Shown piece by piece: positions 48,901-63,200 of a stretch of 64,000 bases of DNA. Position 1 is the first letter of the stretch; the number at the start of each line of letters is the position of its first letter. Under the pieces are notes generated by a model. It searched no databases. It worked only from the letters and a program-made list of their open reading frames with translations, and was not told where the DNA came from. Source of the stretch: Anthoceros angustus (Eukaryota > Plantae > Anthocerotophyta); assembly GCA_010909165.1 (NCBI GenBank), contig VJWM01000025.1, forward strand, positions 496,001-560,000. The letters are read 5' to 3'. Both the position numbers and the translations under genes were made by a program.

Positions 48901-51479
48901 AATGGAACATGGGAACTAGCTAAGTTACCTCCGGACGTAAGGTGGTGTCTTGCAAGTGGGTCTTCAAACCAAGGTAAAGGCTGATGGAAGTTTTGATAGG
49001 TACAAAGCACGACTTGTAGCTCGTGGCTTTTCGCAAGTGCCCGGTCTCGATTACTCAAACATATGCTCCGTGATGAAGCCACCTTTCGCACAACTGTGCC
49101 CCCGGCAAGACATCAAGACTACGAGTTAGACATGTTTGATGTAAAGACCGCATTTTACATGGCAAGTTGGACACGAAATCTACATGCAGCCCTCGGGATA
49201 CAAGTAAAAGGCAAGGAAGATCATGTCTTGCGCCTAATAAAACCCTCTATGGTCAAGCAATCGATTAGAGTGGAATGCCTGGATGAAGAACTGCGTGCAC
49301 TTGGATTCGTGAAATGTGTTTGAGACGTATGTTTACAGATCCGTGACGTTGTGTGCTATCTCGCAGTTGTATGTTGATGATTTGATTCTATCCTGCAATA
49401 GCCCCACATTCATCACCAAAGTTAACAAGCTGCTATCTACCAAGTTTGAAATGACTAACCTTGGAGCACTTCAGAGCTGCCTGGGAATCCTTATTCAGAG
49501 GGATAGAAAAAACAGATCTATATCTCTCACACAGCCTCGATATCTGTTAGAATGTGCTGAACAGCTTGGCTTGAAGGATGCAAATCCAGCGGCGACTCCA
49601 CTGCCATCTGGACTGAAATTTAGCAAGTCCATGTGTCCTGAAACCAAAAAGGACATAGAAGACATGAGGTCGGTCCCCTACAGAAAGGGAGTTGGCAAAC
49701 TTATCTATGCTGCCAACACTACACGACCTGATGTAGCCTACACCACAAGTGTGCTCTCGCAATACCTCGAGAACCCCGTCAAACGCAGGATCGGTGTTAA
49801 GAGGGTGGTTAGGTATCTGAAGGAACATCCAACATTGGGATTCATACACACCGCACACCACTTGAGTGACGTATATATCGACTCGATTATGCCGGTGACA
49901 TAGATACACGGAGGTCGGTCTGCACGTTGTCATGGTGGCGGAGGGCCCATATGCTGGTCAAGCAAGAAGCAACCAACAGCTTGCAACTTCCAAAGACTGT
50001 CAATATCGGGTCCTCACATCCGCTAAAGAAATAGCTTGGTGCAAGCTAATGTTTAAGGAGCTGGGATTGCCACTCCCTACTTGCACCACTATTAGAACCG
50101 ACAACCAAGGATCCATGAACTGGCCAAGAACCCCTGCTTTTCACTCCCGACAAAGCACGTGGAAGTGGAATACCACTTCATTAGGGATCTTATCAAATCA
50201 GTCGATTACGAGTATGTACCAACAGCAGACAATCCAGCGATTTGTTCACAAAAGCCCCGAGTAGGGACGCACACACACACACATGAAAGTTTGGGCATGG
50301 GCAGCCACGAGGGCTACCCAGAGGCCAAGCAAAACCAATCCTAACCTAGCCTATGAGCTAGGAACAGCCCCAATCATTACTGTCGCTGTCATCGGGATCA
50401 TCATAGCTTGGGGAGAGATCTGAAGGGACCTCCTACTCACAGCAGTAGAGGAGTCTGAAATCTTCTCCCAAGATGCATAGCTGTCCGATGAAGTAGAGAA
50501 TGTCTCACCACCTGAACGAGGGGAGTTTCTTCTCTTTCTCTCCTCGTAGGAGATCCTCTCCTTGGTGCCTGCCTCCTCCTCGCCTAAGCTGCCTCGATCC
50601 TGTGAGGGGCGAGTGGGAGCTTAGGAAAAGGTAGTGAATTCATGCCGCACTGCAGGGGTTTAGGAAAAATTGGCAAACTAAATGTGGCAGAAAGGATTCT
50701 GCCCAAACAGGAAGAGTAATACTTACTATAGAAGCTTATGATGTGGTCATCAAAGCCTGGACAGTTCTGGACACGGACTCTCACCATCTTCAGGCCCGTG
50801 ACCAAGCACTGCAAATAGGGCTGGAACCGAGCACAACCGAGGGTAACAATTTTCGTCTCCGACGACTCGTTCTAGGCTCGGGAACTTGGGTGGTGCAGAG
50901 GATGTGGCTCGCCAGATGCATACTTGAACTCACCCTTCTCGCACTGGGCATCAAACGAAGCTCGAGAAAATAACCGGGCTTGCTGGTGGAGGGCGACGAG
51001 GTGGAGCTCCCATCTCCGGGTCTTCCTGCAGGGCTCTTGCTCCACTTGCTGCAGCCGCAGTGCCGCCGGCGCTCCTCAAGCACCTGTCGTTGCCCTTCCT
51101 GGCCCGCCGACCCACCAGCCGCCCGAGTGGTTACTCCCTTTGCCTCACTCGGGAGATGGAGGCGCTAAGCGCAAACCTACCTAGAGCATCCCTCCGTAGA
51201 CACGGCGCTAAGCGGTGAGGACAGTCCATGACTCGTAAGATGAAGACATCTTGCCTAGGAGCTCACCACGCCTAGAAGTCGTGAAAGAATGAAGACCGAA
51301 CGTAAAGGCAAGCTATTATGCTTATGGCACACCTGCAGGCCGCCTTCACACGTAGCTGCTCCATTACGCCACTGGTCGCCTGGGTCACAACCGTACACAC
51401 ACACGCACTCAAGCTCAACTGCTACGCAAGGTGCTCGGAGAAGAAGATCATACACTATGCAATAATCAACAAGTGGGAG

Positions 51480-51730
51480 TATTGAAGATAGAGTGTTGAG
51501 TTATTACTTATAGTTATTATATCTAGCTATCTAGTGTATGTGTGTATATAGCTTGAATTTATTTAGCTTACCCTTTCATTAGGGTTACGTCCCTAGGCCA
51601 AAGGTCATGTCTCTTGGCTACTAGAATAAGTCTAGTTGCTACAATCAATTTACTAATGCTTTCTTGTATTTTCTACAATAATGTAATTGATAAATACTCA
51701 ATTGGTTTGCACCATTTCCATATTTCGTAA
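51480..51730 (+). repeat. 3' LTR of copia 2
   Basis: Preceded by the PPT and followed by cc+CCCAC TSD. Confidence 0.95.
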
Positions 51731-52993
51731 CCCCCACGACGCTCCCTCAAAGTGGATCTCCTCTTGGCCCTCTTCTCTGCAATGTCTGCAGCTGTGACCC
51801 GTGGTGGGGACTGGTAGCCGCCACGCCTGGTCCTCATAGGAACTGTTTTGGTCTGCAACAACACTCTTAACACCCGTCTGGTGGAGGCGTCAGGGTTTCG
51901 CTCACTCAAGATGCACGATCAACTGGAAAAATTGACGACGACACCGAATGGATTCTTCCTCCACAAGGCCGCCACACCGAAGGCAAACACAGAGAATTGG
52001 TTGGCGTTGTTGGAGAGTAAATCACGAGTACTTGGCAAAGGGCCAAAATACCACATGGCAGTATGTGCTTACGCCTCGCTATCCCCAACTCCGCCTCAAT
52101 AGCTCAAAAGCCCGCCCGCACCTCAACCGCCGTGGCCCGAGCCCTGCACCCTATCACAAAAAACCCAAATATGCGGCTGGCCAGAAACAAGCGTAATGCT
52201 CACCACAATTAGAAACGACCAGGAGCTTTAGCACCGGACATCCGGTGCAAAAGGCACAATGCATCAAGATCAAAACTCTATGTCAAAACATGAACACGGA
52301 TCACACATCCACATATACCCTAAACATCTATGTCACGACTATGTATTCACCGTCCTCGACCTCAAGACTCTCTCCGGGCCAACCTCGAAATCAATCCTTG
52401 GTGGGTTAAGATCCGGCTCCTCACCGAGTCCACACCTTCCAAAGAAGTCTACCAAATAATCAACGGATGCATCAAGATTCAACGTTGTCCAAGTCTTGGA
52501 ATCAATTCGTTCGTCACCACTTGCTTCACCATCAGGAGGAAGCAAAGCTTCCCTCACTTGGCTCGCTTGTAACTCAAGACCTTCCTCCTCAAAGATGTCC
52601 ATTGTGTCTTTGCTCAAAGTCTTGTTCCTCGTCAACTCGAAATCATAACCCATGATTGTGGTCTCCAAAAGCTTGATTGGTTGCACATGTTTCTTCAAAG
52701 GGTGCCTCCGACCTTTTCTACCGCCGAGGGTTGGTTGGCACCCACTCTTCCGAATACCTACCCTCCAATGCATTAGGGTTTTGATGCGCCACCGGTGGAC
52801 TTGCGCACCGTCCAGGCTTCATGGTCTACATCCACAACCTTACCCCCGTAAAGGACTACCGTCCGGATCATCGCAATCATCATGCCACCGGATCTCAGAA
52901 TCGATCCTCCGTGCTGCTCGACGCTCCTTCTTGCGCATTCTGTGGCCTGTAAACCTCTCGCTCATGTCCAAATATGCGTCGCAAGTGTAGCGC

Positions 52994-55003
52994 CCACTAT
53001 CACTTCATCCGGAAGAGCCACTGGGTTCTTGAATGCTCCTGGTTATACCATTTCCATGTGGTCCAATGGACGAAGAGCTCAGACGCTACTACACCCGCTA
53101 TGGCCAATCGCTCTTCCCAAAACCATCCCACCAAAGTAGCCGATGACCATTGAAGACTTGTGGAAGTTCTTAAACTGTCTGTTGTCTTCCACTCCACGAT
53201 AGCCCTATCAGCCGCACTGCATGTTCTCTTTGGCCCTTGGATTTCACCGACCCCAGTGGCGTGAGTGGAGCCGCAATAATCTCCCTCTCGGGACTCCATC
53301 CCGCAACATTGAACACCACCATCTGGCTCCAATGCGCAGTTGGAAACCTGCACCTCGTGACCGTCACAAACACATGACTAGGCAACTCTTGAGTGATTTT
53401 AAACCGATGTTGGAAACCGTGATTATGGAGAGTAAATGTTGCAGACGGACCCCAGTGCCACAAATATTGCTTAAAGTTGGGCACCTCTTTCATAAGATAG
53501 ATCTTTGGTGTCGAGTATAAGCCCTCTCAAGGCAACCGATTAGCTCCGGCAAGGTGTAGGCCTCCTAGCACAATGTAAAAACGGAAAACATTTGATCAAT
53601 CGATCATGGGTATGGCCAACAATTAGAAATCCTAGTTTCACCTTCTTGAAAATACCTCGTCCACTATCACTTCATCCGGAAGAGCCACCGGTTCTTGAAT
53701 GCTCCTCCGGTTATACCATTTCCATGTCAGGTCCAATGGACGAAGAGCTCCACGCTACTACACCCGCTATGGCCAACCGCTCTTCCCAAAACCATCCCAC
53801 CAAAGTAGCCGATGACCATTGAAGACTGGAAGTTCTTAAACGCCTGTTGTCTTCCACTCCGATTGCCCTATCAGCCGCACGCATGTTCTCTTTGGCCCTT
53901 GGATTTCGCCTGACGCAGCGGGCGTGAGTGGAGCCGCAATAATCTCCCTCTCTCGGGACTCCATCCCGCAACGTGAACACCACCATCCGGCTCCAATGCG
54001 TGATGGAAAAGCTTGCACCTCGTGACCTACAAACACATGACTAGGCAACTCTTGAGTGATTTTAAGCGATGTTGGAAACCGTGATTATGTAGAGTAAATG
54101 TTGCAGACGGACCCCAGTGGCCACAAATATTGCTTAAAGTTGGGCACCTCTTTCATAAGATAGATCTTTGGTGTCGAGTATAAGCCCTCTCAAGGCAACC
54201 GATTAGCTCCGGCAAGGTGTAGGCCTCCTAGCACAATGTAAAAACGGAAAACATTTGATCAATCGATCATGGGTATGGCCAACAATTAGAAATCCTAGTT
54301 TCACCTTCTTGAAAATACCTCGTCCACTATCACTTCATCCGGAAGAGCCACCGGTTCTTGAATGCTCCTCCGGTTATACCATTTCCATGTCAGGTCCAAT
54401 GGACGAAGAGCTCCACGCTACTACACCCGCTATGGCCAACCGCTCTTCCCAAAACCATCCCACCAGCGATGACCATTGAAGACTGGAAGTTCTTAAACGC
54501 CTGTTGTCTTCCACTCCGATTGCCCTATCAGCCGCACGCATGTTCTCTTTGGCCCTTGGATTTCGCCTGACGCAGCGGGCGTGAGTGGAGCCGCAATAAT
54601 CTCCTCTCTCGGGACTCCATCCCGCAACGTGAACACCACCATCCGGCTCCAATGCGTGATGGAAAAGCTTGCACCTCGTGACCTACAAACACATGACTAG
54701 GCAACTCCTCGCGAGTGATTTTAAACTGATGTTGGAAACTGTGATTATGTAGAGTAAATGTTGCAGACGGACCCCCAGGCGGCCACAAATATTGCTTAAA
54801 GTTGGGCACCTCTTTCATAAGATAGATCTTTGGTGTCGGAGTATAAGCCCTCTCAAGGCAACCGATTAGCTCCGGCAAGGTGTAGGCCTCCTTCAGATTT
54901 AGCACAACGGAAAAACGGGAAAACATTTGATCAATCTGATCATGGGTATGGCCAACAATTAGAAATCCTAGTTTCACCTTCTTGAAAATACCTCGGTCCA
55001 CTA
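52994..55003. repeat. Tandem triplication (~665 bp) inside the transposase
   Basis: Units start with ccactatcacttcatccgg at 52994, 53661 and 54325. Confidence 0.9.
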
Positions 55004-57083
55004 ACATGGCGCAATACGCCAACACTTCTTGGTTCTTATTCTAAGCAGCTGTATTGTCCATCTGCAGGTAAAGAGTTTGAGGCAACTGGCCCTCCCATCC
55101 GTTAATAACATGCTGGACTATAGCAATTGTCCCGTTAGGGTCATTTCGCAGATTTGGATAGCTCGTAAACATAAGTTCTCATGTATTTGTTAAACACCAA
55201 AACTCCAACCACATGGATGAGACGAGCAAAGACTATCCACATCTTTGGGCACTCATGGAAATGAGGCAACTCTTTTCTTTTGGTCCATACCATCTATCGC
55301 AATCCCAGTGTACTTGGTCGGTTGAGCCATACACTTGCCGCGATGCTTTGCCATTTTCGCCCGCTCCATCTGTTGTTGATCCCGGTGGTAATTGAGGAGT
55401 TCCCTAAGTCTATCGCACATACCGCATAAGTGCCATCAATAGCAGCCCCGAACAACTCCAGTCCAGCGCTACTGCTACATCAACCTTTAATGAACCCCAA
55501 AGAATGTGGTCTAGGGTTTTCCGACAACTACTATAAAAAGGACACCTAGCAATCACCGGACATCCCGTGCTTAAAAAAGGGAGAGCGGTTCATACTCGCA
55601 CCTTGCTCCTGTCTTTCCGCGAATTTTCGCTTTAAGCTTCTCACATCACATCGAGAATCGGTTGCATCTTGGAATCTTGACGGAAATGCCGTATCCATGC
55701 AAAAATAGCTATAACAAACATGAGTGGTAATTGCTCTAGCGCGCCTAGCATACTCAATGTAAATCTCCTCTTTTGTGAATGTATCCGGTAGGTTGAACAC
55801 TTCCCTGTTGGGTAGTCTTTCCACGTTTCTTTTGAAAAACATATCCATCCACATGACACGCAATCCGTATGAAGTTGGAATTTTACAGCCCTCGGCAAAC
55901 CTAGTCCCTTCGACTCGGCCCGGGCATTCCGATATCGTAGTGCACCAATACGTAAAACTCGTAATGCCTTACACAAATTGAAACCTTCCCATGTGGCAGC
56001 TTGTTCACCCATCCGGTCACCATACTGCTTTCCTCGCCTTCGACAACATCAATAAGGTCTTGCAAATGCTGCTCGCCCCTTTTGTCATGGAAAAAAAGAA
56101 CAACGAAGTGACTTCACCGCCATTCCCCGCCTTGCTAAACACTTTTCGCATAACATTGTCTCTTCATGTCCGCTGAAAGCTTCGCCGACATGCTTCGCCA
56201 AGACATGATCCTTAACCCTTGCAAAGACGGTTCTTTGTTGAGCAAACAACCCTATCGCGAGATTGCAACTCCAACCCCCGACTTAGGATTAGCGACATTT
56301 CGGCAAATCTTCATTGTGATCTAGTGCCAGCACATCTCCAAACAAGGCAATTGGATCACGTACCAGGTTTGGTCGCTCTGGCCGCCTCCTGGCAGGTCCT
56401 CCATGACCCAATGCCGCGAAGTCGAAACAAGTCTACGATCACATGCATCTTCTCACCGCAGTCAGGAGACTCACCAACACTCTGCCGTAATCCGTGTTGT
56501 TGTCATTCGTGCCATGTGGTGTGACACAAGGTTGATGGTACTCTTGCGAAGCACACCATGGACTTGTTGTAGGTGCCACCTTGTCACCTTCCGCTGGCCA
56601 GAGCCACCCGCTTGCGTGGATTTGGATCGAGAACATCCTTGCCAATTTCTTGGCACCGCGATTTGAATGCACTATATAGTGCCGCAGTCGCCGAGGTGGG
56701 CCGAGGTTGCGCCGCCGGTGGTGGATATCGGGGCCGCCCGGCGATGTCGAGCTCGGACATGCCGGTCCACATGTGCCGCAATTTGTTCGGTCTCACGCCT
56801 GCCCGAGTCCATCCGGATCAAACAAGTAAAGGTCTCCATCACTTGTACCGGCCCAACGATCACCCAAAGAAGTCGGTTTGATCCAAATCCGATGCGTGTC
56901 CGGGTCTTCGTTCAAAGAAGCGCCTTTCACCGGACGTCCCGGTTTACCTGCCGAACGCCTTGAATGTCGACCATCACGTGGAATTTGACACATTGCCTAG
57001 TGGACCCCCATGCCTAGCATCCGCCGTACCTCGCCGCCAAGTCCACGATATCCCACTCGGGCACATGGCCGATGTCATCATCA

Positions 57084-57298
57084 TGACAATATTCTAGAGA
57101 TGCTAGAAGATGCAGACAAGAGCAAACTTGTCATAGAGAAAACAAGACAATATATTAAGTGATCAAAAGAGTGTCTTATATACATAAGTTGTTTAACTCT
57201 AAGTGACCTTTCATTATACAACCCTAATTACTTAACCCGTGACCGTGGTTATATATATACAATACAACCCCAGTGGGTCATCCCTGGAGGGGTTAACA
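57084..57298 (-). repeat. 3' LTR of copia 3
   Basis: Matches 63768-63973 with a few differences. Confidence 0.93.
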
Positions 57299-60200
57299 CA
57301 CCCCCTTAACCACGCCGCTGGTTAGAAGTTGTAGGCGTGTGCGCGCGAATCTTCGTGGTGATGAAGAGCCGCAATGCCGGAAAGGACGGCCAAAGCAAAG
57401 TTGCAGTGAGGTGAACGATTAGATGCACTAAGCTTCATCCGCTCGTCCCACTCGTGATGTGAGCAATTGTCCATCAATGCTTTGTAGAAGAGAAGGGTAG
57501 ATAGGAGTCAGTCAACCAAACCCAGAGCTTCCTTGTGGAAATTGTGCTCGTGTTGACAAACACTTGGTCAACAAGTCGGCGTTGTTCACTCTGGCACATG
57601 TTCAATCAGATCACCTTCCGTCAGGGCCGGACGTGGTGTAATTTCAATGTGCTCCGTCCGAGCATGAAAACGAGGGTTCCCAACCAAAGAAATTGTAGAC
57701 ATGTTGTCGCAATATAAAGTTGTAGGAATCTTCGTTGAAGTTCGCGGCTAGGAATGATCGCTCCCACTCGCTTCTTTGGTCGACTCACAAAGCCTTGTAC
57801 TCGACTGGATGATAGAGCCACCCGCTTCTCGAGCTCCAGCTCACGGCGGCCCCGACAAGAGAAAGCACAGGCGACACACTCCTACTCATCCGGATCGCCT
57901 CCAAGATTTGCATATCCAACCAAGGTGATATTCGATCCATGCCTTGAAAGCATAGTCCATGTGTTGAAGTGCCCTTCAAGTAGCGGAGGATCCTTTGACG
58001 CAATCCAATGCTCGACCGCTTCTCCAAAATTGGGAAGTGACCGACAAGATGTCGGATATCCGTCTTGTCCAAAGAAATGATATAGTTCAAGCACCCTACG
58101 ATGACGATATGGCACTTGGCTCATGAGTTCTGATCGGTGTCATCCGTGAGATTGGAGGAAGTGAGCTTGACCCCAACACAACCGTGTGTGCCGACGGCTT
58201 TGCATCTTGCAGTTGAAGCGAATGGTCTCGTTGATATACTTGGTCCGTGAAGGACAAGAGTGTGGTTAGCTCTATCCCTAAGGAGCGAACCCCAAGAACA
58301 AAGGTGAGTTCTCCAATGTCCTTCATGTCATATCGCAGCAGCATGGCCTTCACCCAATCCAGCAGATCCCTATTATTTGACGCGAGGATTGCGTCATCAA
58401 CATACAAAGCCAATATCACAAGATATCCTCCTTTGCAATATATGTAGACGTTGGCGCCCGTAGGTTCTGATGAAACCAATGGACTTGAGGTACTTGTCGA
58501 TACACTTGTACCACTCTCGAGCACTTTGCTTGAGTCCATATAAGGTCTTCTTCAATTTGCACACCCAACTGGATGTTCCGGATCGACAAAGCCCTCAGTG
58601 GTCCATATAGATATCTTCCTCTAATTCTCCATAGAGGAAGGCTGCTGAGACATCCATTTGCTCCGGATCCCGCCTCAGCACCGCAAGGCTAGGATCATCC
58701 TCGATGGATTGTGTCTTGACGACAGGCTGAAAGTTTCGTTGAAGTCCACACCGCTACTTGTGAGAAGCCGCGAGCAACAAGACGTGATTTGTAAGCCATG
58801 TCCCCTTGTGCGTCAGCTTATGTTTGAACACCCACTTGCACCGCCTTCCAAAGCAGTAAGGGCAAAGTTCCCATGTTCCATTCTTCATCAAGGAGTCATA
58901 CTCGTCTTGAATTGATGGAAGCCAATGGTGTTTGTGTGCACCTTTTATAGCCTCCTTGTAGGTTTGAGGTTCTGCTGGGTGAGGTGTGCTGGTGGAGGAG
59001 GCTTCACATAGCCTAGCAGATTGTGGGAGACGGAAGTCCTCTGACTCATAGGGTCTGGAGGTCCAGCTATCTCGAGATGGACGAGACCGGCTTGGATATC
59101 TCCTTTCGTCAACAATAGGTTCAACCTGAATGGGAGCACCATCTGGTTCTGCATTGACAACATCATCGGTCAAGTCAAGAACCTGGTCATCCCGACTGCC
59201 TCGCACTGCGTGGTCCTCATCAGAAAGAGGATCTGCTTCAAGTTGCTCAAGTATGTCTTGCTCAAGTGGCTGTTGCTCAGGAACATGATCTGCTTCATGC
59301 TCTTCAACATCGAGGGGTGAGCAGGTGGAACAATAGTAGGTTGGGAGGGCTGCAACGTAGGTATCAATGGTACTATAGATGCTGGAAATCCACCGAATCG
59401 CTACGGAGAAGACACGCTCATAGATGCATCTTGTGGGTACACGGAGGGGGAGTCATCAAAACCAAGGTCAGCAGTTGCAGGTGAATCAGGTGCGGGTGGA
59501 GAAGAAGTAACGAAGCTTGAGGCTTGACAAGCTCTTTGAAGGTGACGCTCCGAGCAAAAATCAACGATCGAGTAGGAGGGTCATAGAGTTTATACGCCTT
59601 GGTTTCTTCTCCATAACCAATGAAAACCAAAGGTCTTGCCCTATCCTCGAGCTTCCTACGCTGTTCTGAATGGATATAGGCGTAAGCTGGTGAGCCGAAT
59701 ACCCTGAGGTGAAGCAGACTTGGTTTCCGCTTCCATATCACTTCAAACGGAGTGCGATCAGGCACAGCTGTTGTTGGAAGTCGATTCAAGATATATGTGG
59801 CAGTAACAACTGCCTCCGCCCAGTAGGCTTTGCTGAGGCCTGACCAAGCTAGCATGGCACGTGTCATGTTGAGCAGGGTCTGGTTGCAGTGCTCAGCTAC
59901 TCCATTTTGTTGTTGAGTATATGGGATACTTAGCTGACGTGTGATCCCTTGAGCTGCAAGGTAATCATTAAATGGAGAGTTAACAAACTCACTACCATTA
60001 TCTGACCTCAAGCATCGGAGGTAACATTCTGTTTGCCTTTGAACCATGATGATCCACTCTTTGAAGAACTGGAAGGTCTCGATTTCCTCTTCATTGGGTA
60101 TGTCCAAGAGTAGCTATCAAGTCATCTGTTATTGTTAAATAATAGAGGGAGCCACCAAGAGAGGGAACATGTATCTTGCCGTATATATCAAGATGGACAA

Positions 60201-63200
60201 GATCTAGGATGTTAGTGACCTAAAAGCGACATTGGTAGGAAAGGGTAACTCCTTTTGCTTTGCAACTATGCAAGAGTCGCACAAAGGAAGTTCCTTAAAG
60301 CACCTAGGTAAGGGCTCTATAGCATTCTAACTTAGACATCTTAAGGAGCTTGTCCTTGTTAGCATGTCCTAGTCTAGCATGCCAAAGCTGAGCTAGGTGG
60401 GCTTGTGACCGTGAAGCAACATGAGCACTTCTAGCAAAGCGCACATGAAAGGTCTAACCTGTAGAGATCATGCTCTAATAGGCCTCTGGCCACCACGGAA
60501 CTAGTTGGGCCCCTGGTGGTTAGCAAGCAGCTAGAAGGCGTAAAGGTTAGATCAAAACACTTCATGTGCATAAGTTGACTAACAAATAACAAGTGCTTGG
60601 CCATGTTAGGAACATACAAAACGTCATCAAGCCGAATGAGGCTACCATCTGGCTTAAGAAAATGACAAGTACCCTTCCCCAAAATCTTCAGCTCGAACGA
60701 GTGAGCTCGTCACCTAACAAAGACCTTCTCGTATGTATTTATGGAGTAAAATTACTCATCAAACTTCGTTGTTGCGATGTGAGATGTAGCCCCTGAATCC
60801 AAGTACCAAGCATCATGTGTCTTGGGGGCTTGGATGTGGACAAGTCGTCATCACAACCGGCCGCTTGCCTTGTCCTTGTCCTTGAAACCGTGTTGGCCTC
60901 ACCTCTATGAGTCTTCTCGGCCTTCTTAGGTTCTCCATTTTTCTTTTACGACACTCCCGCCTCCCAATGGCCGGGAGAGCCGCACGCCATGTGCTCCAAC
61001 CTCTTGGTTTGACCCGGCTTGGTGTTTCACTTAGATGTGCTAGGTGTAGAAAAGTTTCTACCCTTGTATTGTGAACGAGGTTTAGAGGTAAAAAGGACTT
61101 TATCTATTTTAGTACGCCCAAAAAGAGAATGAGAACCACTACGTGATTGCTCTTCTTGGAACAAGGCTCCTACAACATCGGTAAAGCTAATCTGCACTTT
61201 TTGTCCTGCAGCTGCGACTCTGCCTGCATCTCTAAGTGAGGCTCCGTAACTAGAGACAAAAGGCTGATAGCTTGAAGGAAGACTTGTAAGGAGTTGGGCT
61301 ACAGCATCTAAGTCCGACATAGTAGACCCTAATGAAATCACATGATCTAAGGTGCCTAAACTTCCCCACAAAACAAATGCCTTCTCATTGTCACGCATAC
61401 TAAGAGAGAAAAGCTCACTTATTACATAAGGTTAGTATATTTTCACATCATATGTCTCACAAAAGTCGGTTCCATATATCCTCAGCTTTAGCTAAATAGG
61501 CAACATCTGGAACTAGTACCTCGTCAAGGCCGCTTATTAGGAGGGCTCGAGCCACATTGTTGGCGTTGTCCCATCTGTCCTTATCGAATTGATTTGCGGT
61601 AGCTCCAGGTTGTTGGAAGTGTCCGCTCACAACGCCCCATACGTGCCTAGCATCAAGTGCTGCTTGCATGCGGACGCTCCACACGGGGTATTTGTTTCCG
61701 TTGAACCTATCCCGCTCCTTGAACTCAACTGTATACGATGGCTGATAAATTGGTGTGTGTGCCTGTATAGGAAAATTAAAGCCTGCTCCCGATCCAGGCA
61801 AGGCAGGCGGAGGAGGCTCGTAAGTAGGTCCTGGCCCAGGCAAGGGATTTCCATATCCAGCTCCAAGGTTCGGCAACGGGGTTTGGCGAATCCAGCCCCG
61901 TCAGAGGCAAAGGATTCCTGCAACTGCCTCGTAGCTTGCGAGGGTTGAAAATCCCGCTCGGCGCTACTGGAAAACCTGCCTGCATAAAGGAGGGAAAGTG
62001 GAAACGCCAGGAGAAGACTCCAGATGGAGAGGCAGTTGCAGGAATTGTGGTCGAAGTGGTATTCGCAGGGTTTGAAGATGAGGCGCCGAGAGTTACGCCG
62101 CAGCGCCTGAGGTCGTGGATGCGCAGGTGTGCTCGAGGAGGCCGCCGCCCACCGAACAAAACCCGCCAGTCAGGCTAGGATGCCACCTGAGCCTGCGGAG
62201 CCAGCCATGGAGTCTAGGCAGCGAGGGTATGGCAACCTCCACTCCGAGAAAACAGCAACCTAGCTGCAGGTTCAGGCTGCGGGCATGCAAAAAACGCATC
62301 GGCAAAGGCGCTAAGGGTTGAGGGAGCTCATGTGGTCGGCATCGCCATCTCGGGTGTCGTCCGGCGGGTCTACGGAGAGGCCCCTCTCGGAGAGGATGGC
62401 TTCAAGCCTGTCGCACGCTCCAGGCTGAGGATCTCACTGTAGATCTGCGGGGACTTGTGCTTGGCTGCAGCGAGCCGCTTGCGCCAATACTCCAGGGCGG
62501 CTTCCTTCTCCTCCTCCGTGAGAGCGAGGCCGGGGCTGCTATGTCTGACTCCGGGTTCTCCGAGTCACAGGCAGGTCGATAGGTGCACCACAAGCGCAGG
62601 CAGCGGCGGGTTTAGGGCCATGGCCGCTTGCGCCGCTCAGACGCCCGCTCTCGCTCAGTGGCGCTCTCTCGTGCGAGGTGTCCCGTGCAAAGCAATTGTT
62701 GATCTCGGTTCCGCAAGGCTCAAGATGGCGGTACGCCTAACTGCTCTTCCAGTGTCGACAGGTGGCGGGGCTCCACGAGCCAGGTGTCGACGAGCACGTT
62801 CTCGCAGATGTGTGTTCGAGATCGACGCGCGCGTGATCCGCGCCACATGCCTACCGCATCGCAAGGTTGCGTGTTTGATTGCAAGGCATCGGCATGATTC
62901 GGTGAGCTCCTTCCTACAAGCTTGCGCCGCTTCAGAAAACACTGGTGCCATTTGAGATCTCCCGTTTCCTGTGCAGGTTGGTGAGGCTGGGAGATCGAGG
63001 CTGTGGCCTCAAAATAAGGTGTGACGACAGCCACTGTGCTCGCCGTTGGCTTCTGATCCCTCTTGCAGATCAAAGCTTCCAAATTGCTGTATCAAAATGG
63101 ATATTTGGGCTTTGAGCAGAGATTTTGAGAGAATCACCGTGAGGGCCTCGATTCTCGCCGCTTGAACTGTGAGCATCAACTTCGCATCCACGATTGGAGG

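Larger units (their letters stand above)
42746..51730 (+). mobile_element. Ty1/copia element 2, full length, identical LTRs
   Basis: LTRs 42746-42996 and 51480-51730. PBS tggtatcagagc at 42997-43008. PPT aagtgggag. TSD CCCAC (42741-45 / 51733-37). Gag FKEKDRFAGADY, CHWCQIPGHWESEC, LWHVRLGH, IN, RT YVDDL, RNaseH IRTDNQGS. Confidence 0.95.
41263..57083 (-). mobile_element. DNA transposon with Sola1-like DDD transposase, interrupted by copia 2 and bordered or interrupted by copia 3; termini not defined
   Basis: Transposase pieces 56200-52330: WMDMFF..NVERLPN...LPDTFTKEEIY, IAIDGMDQKK (D1), LYLQMDN...NKNQ (D2), GFLIVGHTHDQIDQMFS (D3). The minus-strand ORF at 51738-51909 continues at 42745 across the copia TSD. 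Confidence 0.75.
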
